A DNA stretch of 60,824 nt from Myxococcales bacterium. GTDB taxonomy: Bacteria > Myxococcota_A > UBA9160 > SMWR01. The notes beneath the pieces were generated by a model, which was given only the letters and a program-made list of their open reading frames with translations, ran no database searches and was not told the DNA's origin. The DNA lies in assembly GCA_013215605.1 (NCBI GenBank), contig JABSQW010000034.1, forward strand, positions 1-60,824, given 5' to 3'. Position 1 is the first letter of the stretch. Each line of letters opens with the position of its first letter. This document shows positions 54,353 to 60,824 of this stretch, piece after piece. The position numbers were made by a program, and so were the translations under genes.

Positions 54353-55323
54353 GCCCGTTCGGTCTCGCGGTCCTGAAGCGCGTCGAGAAAGAGCGCGGTT
54401 GCATCGAGAAAACCGAGGGTGTTCTGGGAGTGCACGTTGTGCCCGCAGTCGGGAACGGTGACGAGGCGACCCTCTGGAAGTGCTGCGGCGAATCGCTCGG
54501 CGGGTTCCTCGAGGAGCACGTTCGAATCGCCGCCGCGCACCACGAGGACGGGGAACTTCATGTCGCCGAGCTCGTCGAGTCCCGGAGCACCGCGCAGTCT
54601 GGGGCGGTCCTGCTCGTCCTTGGAGAGGAAGCGGCGGCGGTCGGTCTTGCTCACGTAGCGGCCGTCCGCGCGGCGCAGCAGGTTGTACTTGAGCGTCCGC
54701 TGCATGTGCACGCGCGTGCGGTAGGGGTCGTACTTCTCGACGCGGTCGAGGAACTCCTCCATGTCGTCGAACTCGATGTTCTTGTGCACGAACTCGCCGA
54801 TCAACCGGGTGCCGCTTTCACTGATCTCCGGACCGACGTCGACCAGGACAGCTCCGCGCGCGAGCTTCGGACGCTGATGAGTGAGGGCCAGTGCCACCAT
54901 GCCGCCCATCGAGTGCCCGAAGATCACGGGGCGCTCGATGCCGCAGACTGCGAGGAAACCCTCGACGTCTCGGGCCATCGCTTCGATCGAATAGTCGGCT
55001 CCGCGGTTCCATTCGGAGTCGCCGTGGCCGCGCTGATCGAGAGCGAATACGTGGTAGCGGTCCGCGAGGTGCAGGCTCACGAGGTCCCAGGAGTGGGCGG
55101 ACTGGTTTCCGCCGTGGAGCAGTACGACGGGCGTCGCGCCGGGCTCGCCCCACTCGAGGAAGTGAAAACGCTGGTGGGAGATCACCGTGTTGCGCGAGTG
55201 GTACCGCACGTCGGTGGCGTGCGGAATGCCCAGGTCGCGCGCGCTCGCGAGCAGGCTCTGGAACTCCTCGAGGGTCGTCATGTCGAGCGGTGTGAGCCCA
55301 TCCGAGAACGAATTCAGATACAT
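54349..55323 (-). CDS. alpha/beta hydrolase
   Basis: VVLLHGGNQSAHSW, nucleophile elbow GHSMGG, late CGHNVH. Its stop (54349-54351) overlaps the start codon (54352) of the downstream phosphoesterase gene by 4 nt. Confidence 0.9.
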   Translation of the reverse strand: MYLNSFSDGLTPLDMTTLEEFQSLLASARDLGIPHATDVRYHSRNTVISHQRFHFLEWGEPGATPVVLLHGGNQSAHSWDLVSLHLADRYHVFALDQRGHGDSEWNRGADYSIEAMARDVEGFLAVCGIERPVIFGHSMGGMVALALTHQRPKLARGAVLVDVGPEISESGTRLIGEFVHKNIEFDDMEEFLDRVEKYDPYRTRVHMQRTLKYNLLRRADGRYVSKTDRRRFLSKDEQDRPRLRGAPGLDELGDMKFPVLVVRGGDSNVLLEEPAERFAAALPEGRLVTVPDCGHNVHSQNTLGFLDATALFLDALQDRETERA

Positions 55324-55367
55324 GCGAACTCCATCGGCGCGCGGCGCGCGGCGCGAACCGTTCCGTT

Positions 55368-55637
55368 ATGACGGCCAGCGTCGCGCGCGTCAACGGCCTT
55401 GATTCGTCGGAGGATTCGCGCGAGGTTGCCATCGTCGCGGGGCTCTTGGTCATCCAGCTGCCGAACATCGTCCAGGTCCCGGCGGTCGAACTGGGGGGAG
55501 AGGAGCGACTACGCTTCCTCCCGGTGGCGATCTTCACGTTCGTCGACATCCGCCACTCCTTCACGGACGGCGTCGTCTGGAAGCTCGGTGATCGACAGGT
55601 GCGCGACGACCTGCTCTCCCATCTACCGGGGCGCTGA
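55368..55637 (+). CDS. hypothetical protein (89 aa)
   Basis: High GC3 and a balanced, beta-strand-like composition (VAIVAGLLVIQLPNIVQVPAVELGGEERLRFLPVAIFTFVDIRHSF). The competing minus-strand frame is S/T/R-rich shadow-like. No family recognised. Confidence 0.3.
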   Translation: MTASVARVNGLDSSEDSREVAIVAGLLVIQLPNIVQVPAVELGGEERLRFLPVAIFTFVDIRHSFTDGVVWKLGDRQVRDDLLSHLPGR

Positions 55638-55645
55638 CGCGGAGA

Positions 55646-56452
55646 TCAGTCGCCCGACAGTCTCCTGAGATCCGCGTATGGCGGCGCGTGGCTCAGGATG
55701 CCGCCGTCGACCGAGAGGATCTGCCCCGTGATGAAGCTCGCCTCGTCGGACGCGAGAAAGACCACCGCGTTTGCGATGTCGTCGGGCGTGCCGACCCGTG
55801 GCGTCAGGTGGTGCTCCTGGAGCATGGCCACGTAGTCGGCTCCGCCAAAACGCTCGACGGGATGCGAGAGGATCAGACCCGGGGCGATGGCGTTGCAGCG
55901 GATTCCGCTCTTGCCGTACTGCGCGGCCACGTAGAGCGTGAGCGTATTGACGCCCCCCTTCGAGACCGCGTAGGCGGGAATCGTGAGGTCTCCGCGCAAC
56001 GCGGATCCCGACGAGGTATTGATGATCGATCCCCCGCCGCGCTCGAGGAGACGGGGAATCGCGTGCTTGCACCCGAGCATGACACCGCGCAGATTCACGG
56101 CCATGGCGCGGTCCCACACCTCGACGTCGATCGACGCGACGTCGACGTCGCGCCCGGGGCTCGTGTCACCGAGGGCGGCCGCGTTGTTGTGGAGGATGTC
56201 GAGTCCGCCGAACGCGTCGACGGCGGCCTCGACCATTGCGCGGATCCCGACTTCGTCCGAGACGTCGACCCGGTGGGCGAGGGCGCGTCCGCCGGTCTCC
56301 GTGATTTCCTCCGCGACGGTCGTCGCCGACTCGGCGTCGAGGTCTGCGATGACGACGCTCGCACCCTCGCGGGCCAGTGCGTGCGCCGTGGCCCGGCCGA
56401 TGCCGGATCCCGAGCCGGTGACGATCGCGACGCGGTCGGTCAGGCGATTCAC
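55646..56452 (-). CDS. short-chain dehydrogenase/reductase (SDR)
   Basis: VTGSGSGIGR...NNAA...YAVSKGG. Confidence 0.9.
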   Translation of the reverse strand: MNRLTDRVAIVTGSGSGIGRATAHALAREGASVVIADLDAESATTVAEEITETGGRALAHRVDVSDEVGIRAMVEAAVDAFGGLDILHNNAAALGDTSPGRDVDVASIDVEVWDRAMAVNLRGVMLGCKHAIPRLLERGGGSIINTSSGSALRGDLTIPAYAVSKGGVNTLTLYVAAQYGKSGIRCNAIAPGLILSHPVERFGGADYVAMLQEHHLTPRVGTPDDIANAVVFLASDEASFITGQILSVDGGILSHAPPYADLRRLSGD

Positions 56453-56472
56453 GGCGGTGGGCTCTGCGTTTC

Positions 56473-56670
56473 CTACGCGCTCTGCGCCCGGCGGATCAGG
56501 CGACCCGGCAGCGCTCCCGTGTGTTCTCCGTGCCGCCAGGTCAGCTGGCCGTCGGCGAGGCCCGATCCGACTTCGGTGAGGACGCCGTTCTCGATCGCGA
56601 CGTCGCCCTCGCGGGGTTCGGCCCCGGTTCCGTCCACCAACGTTCCACCGCGGATGACCCGATCCTTCAC
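56473..56670 (-). pseudogene. N-terminal remnant of a D-aminoacylase-type amidohydrolase (65 codons)
   Basis: VKDRVIRGGTLVDGTGAEPREGDVAIENGVLTEVG matches the N-terminus of the intact gene at 29226 (IVIRNGIIVDGARNPRYRGDVAIKDGRIARMG). It stops before the HxH metal motif. It retains a GTG start and a GAGGAGG RBS. Confidence 0.35.
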
Positions 56671-56859
56671 CGAGACCTCCTCGCGTCGCGAGTCGACGCC
56701 GTATCCGTTCGAGTCCTTATCGTACTCGGTACAGGACTGGGACGCCGTCCGCTTAACCGCGGCGGTCGATCTCGGCGTCGAGAGCGTTGCGGGCGTCGCC
56801 GAGCCACGTGCGGAATTCGGGCGCGGCATCGTCGAGGTCGACGAACACGATGCCGGCCC

Positions 56860-58185
56860 TCAGTCGCGCGGTGCTCCCAGGTAGCGGTCGATCTCGCGGT
56901 GGATCGCGAGGATCCCGATCTCCTGGCGCCGATTGATTCGCAGGCCTTCGAAGCCCTGCGACTGCATGCCGCTTCCGACTTCCGCGAGGTTCGCGAAATC
57001 CTGGTGGAGCACGTGCCCCACTTCGGAAGCGTTGCGCCAGTCGACGGCCTGGGGCGCCGGAGGGCGATCCGCTTCGCCCTTCGGGAGGATCGTGAGCGAC
57101 CACACGTCCCACAGCGTCAGCTTCGAATCGATCGGTCGCGCCCGATAGGCGAGGGCGTTGCCGAGGGTTGGCAGGGTGAAGAAGTGGGGGAAGACGAAGT
57201 TTCCGCCGAGGTGCTCGAAATCCTCGGGGGTCGGTGCGGGCAGATCGATGCCCGCCTGCTCGGCGTAGGCGTAGAGCGCCTTCGTGTACTCCGCGCCGAT
57301 GTTCGAACCCTCCGGCAGAGGGAGCGTCCGCAGCCGTTCGGTGAGCCTCCGATCCTTCTCGGTGTACATCGCCCCGATCTCGTCGATCGTGTAGGACACG
57401 TAGCGGTGGAAGAGTTCGCGGGGATCGACGTCGGGGTTTTCAGGAGCGTCCTTGCCGGCGCTGAGCGGAATGCCGTAGTGGGAGTGGCCGCCTCCGTCGT
57501 CGTGGTAGACGAACTGCGTGATGTCCGTGCCGAGCTCAGGGTACTCGGGGTGCACGGCCGGGACGTGATAGGACTCGACGAACGCGTCGAGGGCCGCTTT
57601 CCAGTTGACCGGGAGCCGCACCTGCTTGTGCCAGAGCACGCTCATGCGGTCGAGGGCGGCGGGATCGAGGTGGCGGGTGGCGGGACCGATGGTTTCGTGA
57701 AGCGGCGGAGCCTGCGGATCCAGGTTGATCCACACGAAGCCGCCCCAGGTGTCGACCTGACACTCGACCAGGTGCAGCTGATCGGGGTGGAGGGACTTCG
57801 CGTCGAACTCGTCGGCGTGAAAGACGTGGACGTTCTCGCCCTCGAGGTTCCACGACCAGCCGTGGTAGGGGCAGCGGATCGAGCGGCCCTCGAAGTGCCC
57901 GCAACCGCTCGCGAGGCGACGGCCGCGGTGGCGGCAGACGTTGTGGAACGCCTTCAGCGCACCGCCGGTCGTTCGCACCACGAGAATCGACTGTGCGCCG
58001 ATGCGGTACTCGAGAAAGTCGCCGGCCTCGCGGAGCTCGTCCTGGCGACCGGCGATCTGCCACACGCGCGGCCAGAATCGCTCCATCTCGAGAGCGAAGA
58101 ACGCAGCACTCGTGTAGCGGGCGGCCGGGATGAAGCTGTCGCCGAGCGTCCACTCGTCGCGCCACTGCGGGTCCGAGGCATTCAT
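56860..58185 (-). CDS. Rieske [2Fe-2S] aromatic-ring/steroid-type oxygenase, alpha subunit
   Basis: CRHRGRRLASGCGHFEGRSIRCPYHGWSW (CxH...CxxH). Downstream catalytic domain with ESYHVPAVH. Start MNASDPQW. Confidence 0.9.
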   Translation of the reverse strand: MNASDPQWRDEWTLGDSFIPAARYTSAAFFALEMERFWPRVWQIAGRQDELREAGDFLEYRIGAQSILVVRTTGGALKAFHNVCRHRGRRLASGCGHFEGRSIRCPYHGWSWNLEGENVHVFHADEFDAKSLHPDQLHLVECQVDTWGGFVWINLDPQAPPLHETIGPATRHLDPAALDRMSVLWHKQVRLPVNWKAALDAFVESYHVPAVHPEYPELGTDITQFVYHDDGGGHSHYGIPLSAGKDAPENPDVDPRELFHRYVSYTIDEIGAMYTEKDRRLTERLRTLPLPEGSNIGAEYTKALYAYAEQAGIDLPAPTPEDFEHLGGNFVFPHFFTLPTLGNALAYRARPIDSKLTLWDVWSLTILPKGEADRPPAPQAVDWRNASEVGHVLHQDFANLAEVGSGMQSQGFEGLRINRRQEIGILAIHREIDRYLGAPRD

Positions 58186-58195
58186 GCGGCACAGG

Positions 58196-58430
58196 TTACA
58201 CCGACGAAGCGTCTCCGTGTTTCCAGCGTCGTCCGAGGAGCGAGTCGTTGTAGGCGCGGATCTGCGCGAGGTGGAACTCGCGATCCTTCGTGGCGAACAG
58301 GTAGTGGGAGAGACGCGGTGTCGGATAGAACGTCGCGGCATCGACGCCGTCTCGGTCCATTTCCGCGAGCCGGGGTTCGCGTCGTAGCCACCCTCGAGCA
58401 CCCAGGCGTCGGCGTCGTCGAAGTTCAGGG
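58196..58430 (-). pseudogene. frameshifted, truncated fragment of a PF04909-type amidohydrolase
   Basis: One frame gives NFDDADAWVLEGGYDANPGS and the next gives RLAEMDRDGVDAATFYPTPRLSHYLFATKDREFHLAQIRAYNDSL. This resembles the R..MD..G+D..+++P...YN.W block of the intact paralogs. It ends at TAA 58196, 10 nt before the Rieske ATG. Confidence 0.35.
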
Positions 58431-58613
58431 ACCGCGCAGGTTCGTGGAGTGGCCGATGTGGCGCATGGCTCGAACGTGCAGGCTGTACAATCGCCAGGCT
58501 TCCCTCGGCCTCCTGGAATCCGCCGCACGGGGCGAGCGCCGAAAGGTCGTGTGTAGAGTTTCCTCGTGGGACGCAGCGGCGGGTCCATTCGGAGCGGTGA
58601 TGTCGAGTCAGCG

Positions 58614-59687
58614 ATGAGAGGTCGTACCGGAAAGCTGCTCCTCATTGTCGCCTCGGTTCTCGTTACGTTCCTGCTCTGCGCGGCGGGCGCGGCGGGCGCG
58701 GCGGTACTTCTGCGGGTCGGCGTCGTCTGGAACGAAGCGTACGCCGAGCGCGAATCCGAGCGGCTCTGGCGCGACGCCGACCGCCGGGTTCTCGTCCTGG
58801 GGGACTCGTTCTTCGTACCGTACGGATTGACCGGTCGCCTTGTCGCCGAGGGCCTTGCAGAGAGCGGGATCGCCGTGCGCAACCTGGCTGTCAACGGGAA
58901 GGGACCGTTCGAGTACCTGGAGCAGCTGAAGGGCGCCGGGGACGAGCCCCGCCCGGACGCCGTGCTGCTCGGGTACTACGTCGGGAACGATCTGACCGAC
59001 GTGCAGAACAACCCCCAGTTCAACCCGCGTCAGCGGGGAACGGCCATCCGGCCCAGCCCGCCCAGGCCGAGCCCGCCGAAGGTGAGCCCGGGGACCGGCG
59101 GAGAACGGCTCGACGGACTCTACCTCTGGCGTTATCTGCGCAAGCATCCCGCCGAGGATCGGAGCTTCGACTGGGCGCGCTTCGAGGCGGCCGGCATCGA
59201 TCCGGAGATGGTCGAGGCGGCCAAGGCGCGGCGCGTCAATCCCTGGCTCCTGCGGGCCGCGCTGCGCAACCCCGACTACCTCCTCGACAATCTGCTGATG
59301 GAATCGGCGGCGAACCAGCGCGCCTGGCTGAAGACCCGCGAGCTGCTGGCGGCGATCCACGAGGAGACGCGGGCACGCAAGGCCCGGCTCCTCGTCGTGG
59401 TCTTCCCCCGATCCATCCAGATCAACGACTCGCGCTTCGAGTTCTTCCGGAAGCTGACGTTCCGCGTCGACGAGCGGACCCTGACCTCGCGGCGCCCCCA
59501 GGAACTCGTGGCGCGCTTCTGCGAGGAACGCGGGATCGCGATGCTCGATCTGCTGCCGGTCTTCGAGGAGCGCGTGGCCGAGGACCTGTACCTGGACATG
59601 GACGACCACTTCGACGCCGACGGGCACCGCCTGGCGGCGGATCGAATCGTCTCGTTCGTGGCGCCGTTCCTCGCATCGGGGACCTAG
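58614..59687 (+). CDS. SGNH/GDSL-like hydrolase with an N-terminal membrane anchor
   Basis: Anchor LLLIVASVLVTFLLCAAGAAGAAVLL. VLVLGDSFF (GDS block). C-terminal DDHFDADGH (DxxH block). Confidence 0.65.
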   Translation: MRGRTGKLLLIVASVLVTFLLCAAGAAGAAVLLRVGVVWNEAYAERESERLWRDADRRVLVLGDSFFVPYGLTGRLVAEGLAESGIAVRNLAVNGKGPFEYLEQLKGAGDEPRPDAVLLGYYVGNDLTDVQNNPQFNPRQRGTAIRPSPPRPSPPKVSPGTGGERLDGLYLWRYLRKHPAEDRSFDWARFEAAGIDPEMVEAAKARRVNPWLLRAALRNPDYLLDNLLMESAANQRAWLKTRELLAAIHEETRARKARLLVVVFPRSIQINDSRFEFFRKLTFRVDERTLTSRRPQELVARFCEERGIAMLDLLPVFEERVAEDLYLDMDDHFDADGHRLAADRIVSFVAPFLASGT

Positions 59688-59790
59688 GGGCGCGAAAGAG
59701 CGCAACCCGCCGCCCCACAAGGTCGCTCTTCCCTTCCCTACCGCACCGAGAGCCCGCAGGGCGGCTCGGGCTCCGCGCGCCATCGGTTTC

Positions 59791-59818
59791 TTGCCGCTCG
59801 CGCATCGCGTCCTATACG
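59791..59818 (+). promoter_or_regulatory. sigma-70-like promoter candidate (TTGCCG-N16-TATACG)
   Basis: Read directly, about 30 nt upstream of ATG 59848. Each hexamer is a 4/6 match. Confidence 0.25.
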
Positions 59819-59847
59819 ATGAACCCACAAGAAGAAAGGGGATCGAC

Positions 59848-60429
59848 ATGTCCGAGGCAGCACTCGAGCGAATCGAGCAGGGAATCAACACACTTGCGGC
59901 GCAGCAGGAGGCGATCTGCGAGCGCCTTCAGGCCCTCGAAGACCGTGTCTCGAAGGCGGTCAGCGGCGCGGCATCCCGCGACGAGGTGATCCAGCTCCTC
60001 GATGGCTTCCGCGCCGGCGAGGCCCTGGGCGAGGCTTCGATCGGTGCCTGGATCGAGGTGTGCACGACCGACTGCGTGCGCGGCGCATTGCGCACGATTC
60101 AGCAGCGCGAGGGGATGCACGCGCGGCTGCTGGAACAGCGTCTACGCGAGCTGGGAGCGCAGCCGACCTTCGAGATTCCCGCCGCGGATGTGGAGAAGGC
60201 GATGAAGGGTCTGAGCTCGACCGAGAAGAGCGACGCGCAGAAGCTGCTCGAGTTCTCGCAGCGCTACCCGGACGCGGATGTTCTCCTCAAGCCGATCTGC
60301 GATGTGGCGGACCGCCTCGATCACGACCAGGAGACGCAGTGGTTGCTGCGCTCGATTGTTCAGGACGAGCGCTCGACCGTCGCACTCGTGCACGAGGCCT
60401 GCGCCATGCTCAACCCGCAGGCGGCGTGA
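59848..60429 (+). CDS. hypothetical helical protein (possibly ferritin-like four-helix bundle)
   Basis: ATG follows AAGAAAGGGGA. Coiled-coil-like N-terminus, then GEALGEASIGAWIEVC...ALRTIQQREGMHARLLEQRLRELG and DQETQWLLRSIVQDERSTVALV. The family assignment is a guess. Confidence 0.55.
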   Translation: MSEAALERIEQGINTLAAQQEAICERLQALEDRVSKAVSGAASRDEVIQLLDGFRAGEALGEASIGAWIEVCTTDCVRGALRTIQQREGMHARLLEQRLRELGAQPTFEIPAADVEKAMKGLSSTEKSDAQKLLEFSQRYPDADVLLKPICDVADRLDHDQETQWLLRSIVQDERSTVALVHEACAMLNPQAA

Positions 60430-60439
60430 ATCCGGCCTC

Positions 60440-60824
60440 CTAACGCAGGTCGCCGACCTCGATTCCGCCGCGGGCGAGGGCGCTCTCGAGCTGCGGCGGA
60501 GCGTCGGGATCGTAGACCTGCTTCGACACGTCGCGACGGTAGTTGAGAAAACGGTAGCCCGCGGCGCGCGTGCGGATCTGGTAGCGGGCTTCTGCGGAGA
60601 TGAAGAGTGCGCTGCCCGGTTCGAACCAGCGAGTGCCGAGTCCGATCGCACCGTCGATGACGTAGAGGATCTCGTCTTCCGAGTGGTGGTGGGCGGGTCC
60701 GTCACGCGCCGACGCCCCGTGAGCCGCGGGGAAGCGTCGGCGTCAGCGCGCATCCGCGAGCGCCTCGGGCACCCGGTCGTCGACGCCGAGGCGTGAACTC
60801 GATGCGATACATTGGGTCCCGAGG
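60440..60824 (-). pseudogene. cupin-domain gene interrupted by an in-frame TGA (5' end beyond the window)
   Basis: Hand translation of the minus frame gives ...RLGVDDRVPEALADAR*RRRFPAAHGASARDGPAHHHSEDEILYVIDGAIGLGTRWFEPGSALFISAEARYQIRT...IEVGDLR, ending at TAG 60440-60442. The TGA is at 60743-60745. There is no ATG, GTG or TTG between that TGA and the HHHSEDE metal motif. Confidence 0.4.

Noticed and set aside
54818-55564. A 248-aa minus-strand ORF extending upstream of the alpha/beta-hydrolase gene.
   Set aside because: It is out of frame with the well-supported hydrolase over most of its length, and its unique part is Ser/Thr/Arg-rich. It is the likely shadow of the plus-strand ORF at 55368-55637.
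60743-60745. Selenocysteine coding at the cupin in-frame TGA.
   Set aside because: Not accepted as a call. There is no Cys/Sec redox context, and the position aligns with a beta-strand of the cupin fold. High-GC DNA forms hairpins easily. It is kept only as a low-probability alternative in the findings.
1-60824. Search for CRISPR arrays, tRNA/rRNA genes, transposases, integrases, phage or defence-system genes.
   Set aside because: No regularly spaced direct repeats, no tRNA-like T-arm or anticodon structures, and no DDE, tyrosine-recombinase, RT, nuclease-NTPase or toxin-antitoxin signatures were noticed by eye. The metallophosphoesterase at 53630 has no ATPase (SbcC-like) partner. This was a manual scan, so small elements could have been missed.

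Overview
High-GC bacterial chromosomal segment with strongly GC3-skewed coding frames and many long antisense shadow ORFs. I support about 55 protein-coding genes. I recognised no rRNA, tRNA, CRISPR array, transposase, integrase or phage gene. All family calls come from motifs read by eye; no database search was possible.

Main content, an oxidative lipid/steroid/terpenoid-type catabolic gene set:
- four cytochrome P450s within 7 kb
- a Baeyer-Villiger monooxygenase, a Rieske oxygenase alpha subunit and an HsaA-like ACAD-fold flavin monooxygenase
- two adjacent family-III (CaiB-type) CoA-transferases
- an acyl-CoA dehydrogenase, an enoyl-CoA hydratase and two SDRs
- a ChsH2/ChsH1/Ltp2-like trio (hotdog-DUF35 fusion, MaoC hotdog, thiolase-like protein)
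- four intact PF04909-type amidohydrolases, a D-aminoacylase-type amidohydrolase and an amidase
- two CMD-family proteins, a nitroreductase, and F420-type families (DUF385, LLM)
- several decayed amidohydrolase fragments

Second theme, the cell envelope:
- a 981-aa secreted metzincin / TSP3-repeat / GEVED protein
- a small secreted protein with a PEP-CTERM-like tail behind a good sigma-54 promoter match
- three GT-C-like polytopic membrane proteins, one fused to TPR repeats
- DUF3604, DUF1080, a sulfatase and a PVC-type heme-binding dehydrogenase

Notable absences: no recognisable transcription factor, and no P450 or Rieske redox partner.

Most interesting leads:
1. Two secreted proteins share an unusual [IL]PL[ML]G-TM-basic C-terminal tail, and one of them is sigma-54 driven.
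2. A translationally coupled CoA-transferase / CoA-transferase / amidohydrolase / P450 operon.
3. The ChsH/Ltp2-like module.
4. Amidohydrolase gene remnants, including a pair flanking the Rieske gene.
5. A cupin gene with an in-frame TGA followed immediately by a strong hairpin.
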